Source: an uncultured Pelagibacteraceae bacterium
GTDB lineage: Bacteria; Pseudomonadota; Alphaproteobacteria; Pelagibacterales; Pelagibacteraceae
Length of the DNA stretch: 64,000 nt
Direction: 5' to 3'
NCBI GenBank assembly: GCA_902574345.1
Contig: CACGNF010000001.1
Span: forward strand, 59,137 to 123,136
A model generated the notes under the pieces. The model was not told where the DNA came from, ran no database searches, and worked only from the letters and a program-made list of their open reading frames with translations. Below are positions 52,159 through 62,116 of this stretch, in pieces. How positions within the stretch are numbered: the first letter of the stretch is position 1; each line of letters starts with the position of its first letter. Position numbers and translations under genes: made by a program.

Positions 52159-53397
52159 ATGAAGATTGCTGTTGTCGGCTCAGGCATATCAGGATTAAGC
52201 GCTGCATATTACTTATCAAAAAAACATCATGTAGATCTTTTCGAGAAGGAAGATCGTTTCGGTGGTCACTCTCATACTATTGATTTATCGTTTGGTACAA
52301 AAAAAGTTCCTGTTGATATAGGTTTTATTGTATTTAATTATGCAACTTACCCAAATTTAATAAATTTTTTCGAAGAGAATAATATTGCAATTGAAAAAAG
52401 CGATATGTCTTTTTCTGTATCAGTTGAAAAATCTTCATTCGAATATTGCGGTCGAGGATTAAATGGAATTTTTTCAAATAAGACCAATCTGTTTAATCTA
52501 AGATTCCTCAAAATGTTTTTTGATATAATAAAGTTTTACAAAAAATGTGATAATATAAAAAAAATTGATCAAGAGACTACACTTGGTGATTATTTGAGAA
52601 AGGAAAATCTTTCAAAAGAGTTTATCAACTTTCATTTGATACCGATGGTCTCAGCTATATGGTCAATGCCACCAAGTGCTGCCAGTCAAATGCCGTTAAG
52701 ATTTTTCTTAAAGTTTTTCCAAAATCATGGTTTGTTTAAATTAAAAAATAGACCTCAGTGGTATACTGTATCAAATCGAAGTAGAGCTTATGTTCAAAAC
52801 ATTATTTCAAAAATCAGCGGTGAACATTTCAAAAACTATCCAATCAAAAAAATAAAAACAAAAACAACAGGTATAGATTTATATTATGGTGGAGAAAGTG
52901 AATATTTTGGATACGACAAAGTTGTTTTAGCAACACATGCAGATGAAGCTTTATCAATAATTGATAATCCAACCGACCAAGAAAAGAATGTGCTTTCAAA
53001 TTATAAGTATAAGGAAAATATTGCCTATATTCATACCGATGAACAAGCTATGCCAAAAAATAAAAAAGCTTGGTGTTCATGGAATTCATCAATGAAAAAG
53101 GATGAAATAGAAAAAAATTCAATTACATATTGGTTAAATTTATTACAAAACCTTAAATGTGATGAAAATATTTTTCTTACCTTAAATCCTTATTTTAAAA
53201 TTGATGAGAAGAAAATTTTAAAAAAAGTAAGATTTACACATCCATATTTTGATCAATCTGCACTTAATTTTCAAAGTCAGCTTACAAATTTACAAAATAA
53301 AAGAAATATTCTTTATTGTGGTAGTTATTTTGGTTACGGTTTTCATGAAGATGGAATAAAATCATCTATTGAAATGCTTAAAACCCTTAATGACTAG
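52159..53397 (+). CDS. Flavin-dependent oxidoreductase, UfaD (RSP1091)-like fatty-acyl desaturase
   Basis: GSGISG, GGHSHT, VDIGFIVFN..TYPN, SDMSFS, GYGFHEDG; followed by DUF1365 and a cfa-like gene. Confidence 0.82.
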   Translation: MKIAVVGSGISGLSAAYYLSKKHHVDLFEKEDRFGGHSHTIDLSFGTKKVPVDIGFIVFNYATYPNLINFFEENNIAIEKSDMSFSVSVEKSSFEYCGRGLNGIFSNKTNLFNLRFLKMFFDIIKFYKKCDNIKKIDQETTLGDYLRKENLSKEFINFHLIPMVSAIWSMPPSAASQMPLRFFLKFFQNHGLFKLKNRPQWYTVSNRSRAYVQNIISKISGEHFKNYPIKKIKTKTTGIDLYYGGESEYFGYDKVVLATHADEALSIIDNPTDQEKNVLSNYKYKENIAYIHTDEQAMPKNKKAWCSWNSSMKKDEIEKNSITYWLNLLQNLKCDENIFLTLNPYFKIDEKKILKKVRFTHPYFDQSALNFQSQLTNLQNKRNILYCGSYFGYGFHEDGIKSSIEMLKTLND

Positions 53398-54148
53398 TTG
53401 TATATATAATGGCGCTGTAATTCACAAAAGATTTAAACCAAAGATACACTTTTTTAAGTACAGGGTATTTTCACTTTTAATTGATCTTTCTGAATTAGAA
53501 AAATTAGATAAAACGATTAATTTTTTTTCATACAATAAATTTAATTTAATTAGTTTTTTTGATAAAGATCATGGAGATAGAGATGGATCACTCTTAACTG
53601 ATTGGGTTAAAAAAAATCTTAAACAAAATAATATTAGTAATGAAAATATTAAAATTAAACTTTTATGTTACCCAAGAATCTTTGGATATGTTTTTAATCC
53701 ATTAAGTGTTTTTTATGTGTACAATAATAACAATGATTTGATATCCATATTATATGAAGTCAAAAATACTTTTGGTGAGCAACACACTTATGTTTTTAAA
53801 GTAAAAAATGACAATTTATTGCAACACAATTGTGAGAAAAAATTTCATGTTTCACCATTCATTGAAATGAATTGTAGTTATTTTTTTAGAATTTTAAAAC
53901 CTGCAGATAAGATCTCAGTAATCATAGATCAATATCAATTGAACGAGAAAATATTATATGCCTCTCAAGATGGGAAAAGAAAAGATTTTACAACTTCAGA
54001 GTTAATTAAATCTTATTTAAAACATCCCCTAATGACGTTCAAAATTATTGCAGCGATACATTTTGAAGCGTTTAAATTATGGACTAAAGGAATAAAGTTT
54101 ATCCAAAAAAAATTAAAAATAAGAAACAACATATCTTTTGAAAATTAA
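53390..54148 (+). CDS. DUF1365 protein, UfaO (RSP1090)-like
   Basis: HKRF.P..H.F.Y, PRIFGYVFNPLS, EVKNTFGEQH, KFHVSPF, IHFEA..LW; start moved to ATG 53390. Confidence 0.85.
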   Translation: MTSCIYNGAVIHKRFKPKIHFFKYRVFSLLIDLSELEKLDKTINFFSYNKFNLISFFDKDHGDRDGSLLTDWVKKNLKQNNISNENIKIKLLCYPRIFGYVFNPLSVFYVYNNNNDLISILYEVKNTFGEQHTYVFKVKNDNLLQHNCEKKFHVSPFIEMNCSYFFRILKPADKISVIIDQYQLNEKILYASQDGKRKDFTTSELIKSYLKHPLMTFKIIAAIHFEAFKLWTKGIKFIQKKLKIRNNISFEN

Positions 54149-55326
54149 TGTCCTTAAATAGACTTTCAGACAAACTGGTTTTTAACATATTAGCCGGAAT
54201 AAATGTTGGATTTCTAGAAATTACAAATTATCAAGGAGAAGTTTTTAAATTTGGAAATCCTCAGGATAATTTAAAAGCTAAATTGAAAATTAAAAAACCA
54301 AATTTTTCTTTTAATCTCATAAAGGGTGGCAGCATTGGTTTTGCTGAGTCTTACATGAGAGGAGAATTTGAAACTGATAATTTATCTAATCTAATTGAAA
54401 TAACAGCTCGAAATATCAAAATTATATACAAGTTTTCAGGTTTACTCGATTTTCCAATTATAAATTTTTTAAAAGGGATTTTTATAAGAAATACAAAGAA
54501 TAGAAGTAAAGAAAATATTGCAAAACATTATGACTTAGGAAACGATTTTTTTTCTTTATGGCTTGATGAAACTTTAACTTACTCAAGCGGAATTTTTAGC
54601 GATACCACCAAAGATCTTTCAGAGGCACAAAACAACAAATATCAAAAAATGATAGATTTAATAAAACCAAACAATGGCGATAGGGTTTTAGAAATTGGAT
54701 GTGGCTGGGGTGGTTTTGCAGAATATTTAGGAAAAAAATATGATGTAAAATTAGATTGTATTACTATTTCAAAAAAACAATTTGAATATGCAAAAAGAAG
54801 GATTCATAATTGTGGTTTAAATGAAAAAGTAAATATTGAAATAAAAGATTATAGAGATTTAAAGAATAAATATAATTCAATAGCCTCCATAGAAATGATT
54901 GAGGCTGTAGGGCAAAATTATTTGGAAAGTTATTTTAAAACTATTAAGAAAAACCTTTCTACAGATGGTAGGGCAGCCATTCAAGCAATTACAATAGATG
55001 ATAGTTTATTTAATAGATATAAAACGAAACAAGATTTTATTCAAAAATATATTTTTCCAGGAGGATTTTTGCCAAGTAAAAATAGCTTAAACAAATATGT
55101 TTCAGACAATGGTTTAACAATAAAGTCTTACGACTCATATGCTGATCATTATGCAAATACATTAGCTATTTGGAAAAATGAATTTAATAGAAAATGGGAT
55201 CTCATTAAAAAACAAGGTTTTGATTTAACTTTTAAAAGAATGTGGGAGTTTTACCTATCTTATTGTGAGGCTGGATTTAAATCGAAAAATATTGATCTGA
55301 TACAATTTTCAATTCAAAATAAATAA
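54148..55326 (+). CDS. SAM-dependent fatty-acyl methyltransferase (Cfa/UfaM family)
   Basis: HYDLGNDFF, LEIGCGWG, SIEMIEAVG, YIFPGG, YLSYCEAGF. Confidence 0.92.
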   Translation: MSLNRLSDKLVFNILAGINVGFLEITNYQGEVFKFGNPQDNLKAKLKIKKPNFSFNLIKGGSIGFAESYMRGEFETDNLSNLIEITARNIKIIYKFSGLLDFPIINFLKGIFIRNTKNRSKENIAKHYDLGNDFFSLWLDETLTYSSGIFSDTTKDLSEAQNNKYQKMIDLIKPNNGDRVLEIGCGWGGFAEYLGKKYDVKLDCITISKKQFEYAKRRIHNCGLNEKVNIEIKDYRDLKNKYNSIASIEMIEAVGQNYLESYFKTIKKNLSTDGRAAIQAITIDDSLFNRYKTKQDFIQKYIFPGGFLPSKNSLNKYVSDNGLTIKSYDSYADHYANTLAIWKNEFNRKWDLIKKQGFDLTFKRMWEFYLSYCEAGFKSKNIDLIQFSIQNK

Positions 55327-55339
55327 ATAACGGGGGCTT

Positions 55340-55888
55340 GTGAGTAAAATAATAAACTTAAGATCAATTTTATTGATAATCTCTTTATTCTTAATTACAA
55401 ACTGCTCAAATAATAGCGATATGAAACCAGAAGATTTTAAAGGTAAAGAACCGAGATTAATCATAGAAAATTACTTGTCAGGCAATGTTAAAGCTTGGGG
55501 AGTTCTTCAGAATAGATCTGGAAAAGTTACTAGACAATTTTCAGCAGACTTAGATGGGAAGTGGGATGGCAAGCAATTAATTCTTGATGAAAAATTTAAT
55601 TGGGATGACGGTGAAGTACAAACTAGACAATGGCAAATTACTAAAATAGACGACAACAATTATGAGGGAACTGCTGGAGACGTAGTTGGTAAAGCCAGGG
55701 GATATTCATATGGTCCCGCATTTAAATTTGAGTATGTTTTATTAGTTCCAGTAAAAGGTAAAGAAATTAAGATTACTTTCGATGATTGGATTTTTAAACA
55801 GGATGATCGAGTAGCAATTAATAGAGCTACAATGACTAAATTTGGAATTAAAGTTGCTGAATTGACAGTAGTATTTGTAAAAGATTAA
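55340..55888 (+). CDS. DUF3833 family lipoprotein
   Basis: Lipobox-like ITNC; AWG...R.G...RQF, GTAGDVVG, FDDW, KFG. Confidence 0.82.
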   Translation: MSKIINLRSILLIISLFLITNCSNNSDMKPEDFKGKEPRLIIENYLSGNVKAWGVLQNRSGKVTRQFSADLDGKWDGKQLILDEKFNWDDGEVQTRQWQITKIDDNNYEGTAGDVVGKARGYSYGPAFKFEYVLLVPVKGKEIKITFDDWIFKQDDRVAINRATMTKFGIKVAELTVVFVKD

Positions 55889-56646
55889 TCTCTCTTTTGA
55901 TATTTTGTTAATTTTCCAACTAAACCAAAATAAATCTTACTAGGAAGAAAACTTAAGATTTTTAGTACAATAGTTAATGATTTTGGAAAATGAATTTCAA
56001 AAGTTTTTTTATTAACCAAGCCATCATATATTTTTTCAGCCGCATATTCAGTAGTTTTTAAAAAAGGCATTTTAAAATCATTTTTATCAGTCATTGGAGT
56101 TTTGATAAAACCTGGAGATACCAAACATACTCTGACATTTGATCGACCAAAGTCAAAATATAGACTTTCTGCTAAATTATTTAGAGCAGATTTCGAAGGT
56201 CCATATCCAGTTGAATTTGGTAAACCTCTATAACCAGCAATTGAGGAAACGATAGTAATTGTTCCACTTTTCTTTTTTTTAAAATATTCTTCAACTGCTT
56301 TGATAGCATTCAATGTCCCAAAAAAATTAATCTTAAAAACTTCCTCAATTTGTTCAACATCAATATCTCTTTCTTTTTTTGGATTCCATGTGCCAGTGGA
56401 AAAAAAACAAATATCTATATTTTCAAATTTATTCTTAATTCTTTCAAAAACCTCTTTACATTTTGATTTATCGGTCACATCTAATGGAAATGGACTTATA
56501 TTTTCATGATTGTCTGCAATCTCATTAAGAAGATTTTCACGTCTGGCTGAAATAGCAACATTCCACCCTTCATTAGCAAATTTTATTGCAAGAGCTTTGC
56601 CGATTCCAGTACTGCCACCAGTTATCCAAATTGTTTTTTTATTCAT
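55885..56646 (-). CDS. Short-chain dehydrogenase/reductase
   Basis: ITGGSTGIG, catalytic YGPSK, PGFIKTPMT. Confidence 0.92.
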   Translation of the reverse strand: MNKKTIWITGGSTGIGKALAIKFANEGWNVAISARRENLLNEIADNHENISPFPLDVTDKSKCKEVFERIKNKFENIDICFFSTGTWNPKKERDIDVEQIEEVFKINFFGTLNAIKAVEEYFKKKKSGTITIVSSIAGYRGLPNSTGYGPSKSALNNLAESLYFDFGRSNVRVCLVSPGFIKTPMTDKNDFKMPFLKTTEYAAEKIYDGLVNKKTFEIHFPKSLTIVLKILSFLPSKIYFGLVGKLTKYQKRD

Positions 56647-56655
56647 TATCTAAAG

Positions 56656-57138
56656 ATGTATAATACTTTAATGTTGAAAAATAAATTTTTATCATTCATA
56701 CTTTTTTTTATTATCACATTTTCAGCCTCATTTATTGGAAGTTTAGTCACAATTAATTTTAAAGACCCTTGGTATTCTCAATTAGTCAAATCTGATTTTA
56801 ACCCACCTGATTGGATATTTGCACCTGTTTGGACAACGCTATATCTAATGATGACAGTCGCTATTTGGTTTTTTTGGCATAGTAAAAGTAGAGACATGAA
56901 CACGATTTATATTTATTTTATTCATATTATATTTAATACAACTTGGAGTATCGTTTTTTTTGGATTACACCAAATTTTTTTAGCTTTAGTTGTTTTGGTA
57001 ATCTTAATTGGTTTAATAATTACTTTAGTAATTAGATATAAGCGTGTCAATTTTGTGAGTTATTATCTAATGATTCCCTATTTACTTTGGTGTTGCTATG
57101 CATTATTTCTGAATATTAACTTACTAATATTAAATTAA
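56656..57138 (+). CDS. tspO: TspO/MBR tryptophan-rich sensory protein
   Basis: WY..L.K..FNPPDWIFAPVWTTLY, WSIVFFG, PYLLW. Confidence 0.93.
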   Translation: MYNTLMLKNKFLSFILFFIITFSASFIGSLVTINFKDPWYSQLVKSDFNPPDWIFAPVWTTLYLMMTVAIWFFWHSKSRDMNTIYIYFIHIIFNTTWSIVFFGLHQIFLALVVLVILIGLIITLVIRYKRVNFVSYYLMIPYLLWCCYALFLNINLLILN

Positions 57139-58241
57139 TGGATGATGTTGTAATAGTTGGTGGTGGAATAATTGGAGCTGCGACTGCTTACTTTTTATCA
57201 AAAGAGGGCAGAAAAGTTAAAGTTATAGAAAAAGACCCAACTTATAAAACTGCTTCTTTTCCTTTGTCATTAGGTGGCTTTAGAAGACAATTTTTCCAAA
57301 AAGAAAATATTTTATTAGGAAAATTTGCGAGAGAATTTATTTTTCAAATTCCAGATTTATTAAAAACTGAAAAAAATCCAAAACCCACTGCTAGTATGGT
57401 GACAAATGGTTATTTATTAATGTTTGGACCTGAGCATGCAGACGAACAATATAAAGCGCTTGAAAATCATAAAGCTTGTGATGCAGGAACAAAAAATATC
57501 AAAGGCTCTGAGTTGAATAATGTTTTTCCGTATATCAATAGTGAGGGAATTGAAACAGCAACTTTTACTGACAATCAAAGTGAGGGATGGATTGACCCCT
57601 TCATGTTTCATAGCGCTCTAAAAAGTAAAGCGATTGATCTTGGTGCAGAATTTGTTAAGGGTGAAGTTAAATCTCTTTCAGAAATTAATGCCAAGACAAT
57701 TATTTCAGCAGCTGGATGTTGGACTAAAGAGCTTTTAGAAGATATCCCTGTTGAACCTCAAAAACATACAGTTTTCAGAGTAAAGTGCCCAAAACATATT
57801 CCTGAAATGCCATTAACAGGAGATCTAACAACAGGAGTTTATTGGAGACCTGAAGGTAAAGAATACTTAGCTGGTTCACCAAAATCAGTCTTTGATGCCA
57901 AAGATCTTGAACCTGCATGGGGTGATTTTGAAGAATTGGTTTGGCCAGCATTAGCTCATAGAATACCGGCTATGGAAGAATTAAAATTAACTGGTGGATG
58001 GGCTGGATATTATGATTGCAATCGACTTGATAACAATGCAGTTGTTGGAAAACATCCAAAATTTGAAAATGTTTACTTAGCAACAGGGTTTACAGGAAGA
58101 GGATTAATGCAAGCCCCAGGAATTGGTAGAGCATTAACAGAATTGATTACGACGGGTGCTTATCAATCAATTGATATTTCAAATATGGCGGTCGAAAGAG
58201 TTTTAGGCAAACAGGCTAGACATGAGCCATATGTTCTTTAA
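57138..58241 (+). CDS. FAD-dependent oxidoreductase (DAO/sarcosine oxidase beta/FOXRED1-like)
   Basis: GGGIIG, GGFRRQF, EGWIDP, WAGYYD, GFTGRGLMQAP. Confidence 0.85.
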   Translation: MDDVVIVGGGIIGAATAYFLSKEGRKVKVIEKDPTYKTASFPLSLGGFRRQFFQKENILLGKFAREFIFQIPDLLKTEKNPKPTASMVTNGYLLMFGPEHADEQYKALENHKACDAGTKNIKGSELNNVFPYINSEGIETATFTDNQSEGWIDPFMFHSALKSKAIDLGAEFVKGEVKSLSEINAKTIISAAGCWTKELLEDIPVEPQKHTVFRVKCPKHIPEMPLTGDLTTGVYWRPEGKEYLAGSPKSVFDAKDLEPAWGDFEELVWPALAHRIPAMEELKLTGGWAGYYDCNRLDNNAVVGKHPKFENVYLATGFTGRGLMQAPGIGRALTELITTGAYQSIDISNMAVERVLGKQARHEPYVL

Positions 58242-59696
58242 TTAAGTTCCACAAAAAGTTTGATAATTTTCACTTGAACTGGATAATATTTGGTATTCAC
58301 TGATATCTTTTTGATCAGTATAGGGGCTATTTAAGATTTTTAAAAAGTTAAGCAAAGGTTCCAAATTTCCTTGATCTGCATCTCTAAGAGTATCTTCAAC
58401 TATATGATTTCTTGGAATTAAAAGAGGGTTTGTACTTCTCATTAATTTTTTATGCTTTTCCTTTGAATTATCATGACTTGATGATCTTTCCTGCCACCTT
58501 TTTTTCCAGTTGCTAAAATCAGCCCCTTCATAAATATTATCTTCTTGAGTTTTAAAGTTCATTAAGTGGCAAAATGTATTTGTGTAATCAACTTTATTTT
58601 GATGCATCCAAGTGAGTAAGTCTAAAATTAGATACTTATCTTTTTTATCCGTACCGAGTAAGCCTAGCTTAGCCCTCATCATATTTAACCACTTTTCCTC
58701 ATATGTTTTTTCAAAAGTATCGATTATTTCAGTTGCTAATTTTACAGCTGTGTCTTGGTCTTTATCAATCAAGGGTATCAAGCACTCAGCAAATCTCGAA
58801 AGATTCCATTTTGTTATAACAGGCTGATTGCAATAAGCATATCTTCCTAATTTATCAATTGAACTAAATACAGTTTTTGGATCATAAATATCCATGAAAG
58901 CACATGGTCCGTAGTCAATGGTCTCACCAGCTATACTCATGTTATCTGTATTCATTACACCATGAATAAATCCAACTCTCATCCAATTGACAACTAAATC
59001 AATCTGTTTATTTAAAACAACTTTTAAAAGATCTAATGCTTTATTTTTTGAATTTTCAATTTCTGGGTAATGTCTTTTGACAACATAATCAAACAATGTC
59101 TCTAACTCACCTTTTTGATTCCTTGCCGCAATATACTGAAAAGTTCCTACTCTAATATGACTTGATGCTACTCTGGTGAGTATAGCACCTTCTAATTGTG
59201 TCTCTCTAATTACATTTTCTCCAGTTTTAGCGACCGCTAGACTTCGCGTCGTTGGTATATTTAAGGCATACATTGCTTCACTTATTAAATATTCTCTAAG
59301 CATAGGCCCTAACGCTGCTCTACCATCTCCATTTCTTGAAAAAGCAGTTTTTCCCGAGCCTTTAAATTGAATATCGTTTCTATGATTATTTTTAGATACA
59401 TGTTCTCCAATCAAAACTGCTCTACCATCACCAAGCATTGTAAAATGGCCAAATTGATGACCTGCATAAGCTTGTGCTATTGAATTACTATTTTTTGGCA
59501 ATTCGTTTCCTGTAAATATGGCCGATAATTCAGACTGACTTATTTCAGAAAAGTCTAAATTTAAATCCTTCGCCAAAGACTCATTTAATAAAATCAATTT
59601 AGGATTTTTAACTTTTACTGGATTTATCTTTTCTCTAAACGGTTCAGGCAATTTGGAATATGTGTTATCAAAATTCCAATTGATATTATTTTTCAT
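58242..59696 (-). CDS. selO: Protein adenylyltransferase SelO/YdiU
   Basis: YAGHQFG, LGDGRA, KGSG, DGRA, HGVMNTDN, IDYGP, C-terminal TFCGT. Confidence 0.95.
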   Translation of the reverse strand: MKNNINWNFDNTYSKLPEPFREKINPVKVKNPKLILLNESLAKDLNLDFSEISQSELSAIFTGNELPKNSNSIAQAYAGHQFGHFTMLGDGRAVLIGEHVSKNNHRNDIQFKGSGKTAFSRNGDGRAALGPMLREYLISEAMYALNIPTTRSLAVAKTGENVIRETQLEGAILTRVASSHIRVGTFQYIAARNQKGELETLFDYVVKRHYPEIENSKNKALDLLKVVLNKQIDLVVNWMRVGFIHGVMNTDNMSIAGETIDYGPCAFMDIYDPKTVFSSIDKLGRYAYCNQPVITKWNLSRFAECLIPLIDKDQDTAVKLATEIIDTFEKTYEEKWLNMMRAKLGLLGTDKKDKYLILDLLTWMHQNKVDYTNTFCHLMNFKTQEDNIYEGADFSNWKKRWQERSSSHDNSKEKHKKLMRSTNPLLIPRNHIVEDTLRDADQGNLEPLLNFLKILNSPYTDQKDISEYQILSSSSENYQTFCGT

Positions 59697-59702
59697 AAAT
59701 TG

Positions 59703-60278
59703 CTACATTTTCCAAATTCTATTTAAAATCTCTTCTCTTCTACAAGCTTTTTTATATTTTAAATAATTTAAAAAATATACTTGATAATAATCTTGATGAC
59801 GATCTTCAGCTATATAAAATTTTTCAAATTCTTTAATATAAGTAACAACTTTTTTATTAAATTTTTTTTCTAGTCTTTTAAAATCTTTTTCAATTAAATC
59901 TTTTTCCTTTTTGTTTGTATAAAAAGCTGCAGATCTGTAGCTATAACCTTTGTCACAAAACTGACCATAAGGATCAAATGGATCTATATTTAGCCAAAAA
60001 TTTTTAAGTAATTTTTCGTAAGATATTAAACTTGCATCATAAATTACTTCTACAACTTCAAGGTGACCTGTATTTCCATAAGTAACTTCTTTATAGGTTG
60101 GATTTTCGGTTTTTCCACCAGAGTATCCTGAAATCACTTTCTCAACACCTGTTAATTTTTCAAAAGACTCCTCCATACACCAGAAACAACCACCGGCAAA
60201 ATATGCTTTACTTTTTTCAGATGCAAATACTGAATTAGTAATTATTAAGTTTAGAAATATAAATAATAAAAATCTCAT
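59703..60278 (-). CDS. msrA: Peptide methionine sulfoxide reductase A with signal peptide
   Basis: AGGCFWC, GYSGG, GQFCDKG, AEDRHQDYY; start moved to MRFLL (60278). Confidence 0.93.
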   Translation of the reverse strand: MRFLLFIFLNLIITNSVFASEKSKAYFAGGCFWCMEESFEKLTGVEKVISGYSGGKTENPTYKEVTYGNTGHLEVVEVIYDASLISYEKLLKNFWLNIDPFDPYGQFCDKGYSYRSAAFYTNKKEKDLIEKDFKRLEKKFNKKVVTYIKEFEKFYIAEDRHQDYYQVYFLNYLKYKKACRREEILNRIWKM

Positions 60279-60317
60279 GACTAAAAATTTATACAAAAAT
60301 TGAGAATTGAGTCTAGG

Positions 60318-60357
60318 TTATTAAAGGTAGCTACTTAAAGTAGCTTACCTTTAATAA
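60318..60357 (-). terminator. Long hairpin downstream of fdh
   Basis: TTATTAAAGGTAGCTACT-TAA-AGTAGC(T)TACCTTTAATAA, one bulge. Confidence 0.7.
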
Positions 60358-60370
60358 TTAAAAGAATGAT

Positions 60371-61570
60371 TTATTTTTTCTTATATTTAGCTGCTTCTTC
60401 AGAACCACCCGTAGCAGATCCTTTACTATATGAGTGAGCACCCATACCAGCTAATTGTCCATCTTTGACGATAAGATATTGATCTCTAATTTCTTTTCCT
60501 TCAAAGAAACATTCTAAGATTTCTCTTACACCATCAGCATATCTTGTTTGAGCTGACAAAGATGTTCCTGAAGTGTGAGGTGTCATTCCATGGTTAGGCA
60601 TTGTTCTCCATACATGATCATTTGGAGCTGGCTGTGGAAACCAAACGTCTCCAGCATAACCACTTAGTTGACCACTCTTCAATGCTTTTGCAATTGCATC
60701 ACGATTACAAATTTTACCTCTTGCAGTGTTTACAATATAAGCACCTTTTTTCATTTTACTTATCATTGCATCGTCAAATAAGTTCTCAGTCTCAGGATGA
60801 AGAGGGCAATTTATAGTTACAACATCACAAACTTTAACCATAGACTCTACTGACTCATGAAATGTTAAGTTTAATTCTTTCTCAACACTATCTGGTAATT
60901 TATGTCTATCAAAATAATGTAAGTGTACATCAAATGGTTTCATTTTTCTTAATGCATCTAAACCGATACGGCCAGCAGCAACAGTTCCAATATGCATACC
61001 TTCAACATCATAAGATCTTTGCACAGCATCTGCTATGTTCCATCCACCTTCATTAACAATTCTATGTTGGTTGTGATAGTCTCTTACCATTGATACAATC
61101 ATCATTACGATGTGTTCAGCAACAGATCTTGAATTACAAAAAGTTACTTCAACTACATCAATTTTGTTATCCATAGCTGCTTGTAAATCCACGTGATCAG
61201 AGCCGATTCCAGCTGTAATAGCCATTTTTAAGTTTTTAGCTTTAGCAATTCTTTCTTTAGTTAAATAATATGGGAAAAAAGGTTGAGAAATTACTATATC
61301 AGCATCAACGATATGCTTATCTGCTTCACATCCATCTCCATCTTTACTATTAGTAACTATTAACTCATGTCCATTACTTTCTAAAAATTTTCTTAATCCT
61401 AATTCTCCTGAAACACATCCTAACAATTCTCCTGGATTAAAATCTCTTCCTTTTGGTGAAGGTAGAGTCATTCCATCTGGATATTTTTCTAGTTTAGGAA
61501 GATCTTTAAGTGGGTATGACTTAGGCATTCCTCCTTTTGGATCATCATATAATACACATAATATTTTCAT
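60371..61570 (-). CDS. fdh: NAD-dependent formate dehydrogenase (metal-independent)
   Basis: LLGCVSGELGLR, TAGIGSDHVD, AAGRIG, NTARG, GDVWFPQP, TPHTSG; AGGAG RBS. Confidence 0.96.
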   Translation of the reverse strand: MKILCVLYDDPKGGMPKSYPLKDLPKLEKYPDGMTLPSPKGRDFNPGELLGCVSGELGLRKFLESNGHELIVTNSKDGDGCEADKHIVDADIVISQPFFPYYLTKERIAKAKNLKMAITAGIGSDHVDLQAAMDNKIDVVEVTFCNSRSVAEHIVMMIVSMVRDYHNQHRIVNEGGWNIADAVQRSYDVEGMHIGTVAAGRIGLDALRKMKPFDVHLHYFDRHKLPDSVEKELNLTFHESVESMVKVCDVVTINCPLHPETENLFDDAMISKMKKGAYIVNTARGKICNRDAIAKALKSGQLSGYAGDVWFPQPAPNDHVWRTMPNHGMTPHTSGTSLSAQTRYADGVREILECFFEGKEIRDQYLIVKDGQLAGMGAHSYSKGSATGGSEEAAKYKKK

Positions 61571-61647
61571 TTATTCTCCTGCGTTACTTTCGATCATTAA
61601 TTTATTTTGAGACATCTAACATTATTTTAATGTTGCTAGCAAACAAA

Positions 61648-62112
61648 TTATCTTGTTTTCGGATAACTCTTTTTAAGTATAAATCTATTAATTATGATGG
61701 CAAAAACCAGAATAATTATTGATCCTGAAATTATTGGGCTTAACAAATAGTCTAGTGAGACACTGCCCATAATAACTATAATTGGATTTCCACCTGCGGG
61801 TGGATGGGTTACATTTAGCAATATCATTAGACCCACTCCAAAACCAACTGCTAATGGTATAATTATAAATAATGGCAAAGGAATTAAATATAAAAAAAAC
61901 ATTCCTACAGTTGCAGTTACTAGATGCCCAAAAAAAACATTTTTGGGTTGGGCAAAGGGGCTTTCGGGATATCCATACAACAGAACCATTGATGATCCAA
62001 AAGATGCAATAAGAAAAATTCCAAATTCAGTTTTGTAAGTTAATAAAGTTAAAATACCTATAGTTATGATTGAAAATAATCCTGCGATAAAAGATTGTTT
62101 TAAATTACCCAT
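61648..62112 (-). CDS. HPP family membrane protein
   Basis: ASFGSS, SPFAQP, HPPAG. Confidence 0.9.
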   Translation of the reverse strand: MGNLKQSFIAGLFSIITIGILTLLTYKTEFGIFLIASFGSSMVLLYGYPESPFAQPKNVFFGHLVTATVGMFFLYLIPLPLFIIIPLAVGFGVGLMILLNVTHPPAGGNPIIVIMGSVSLDYLLSPIISGSIIILVFAIIINRFILKKSYPKTR

Positions 62113-62116
62113 GTAA

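Noticed and set aside
58242-58260. Selenocysteine read-through in SelO
   Set aside because: Protein ends FCGT followed by TAA; Cys-type with no in-frame TGA
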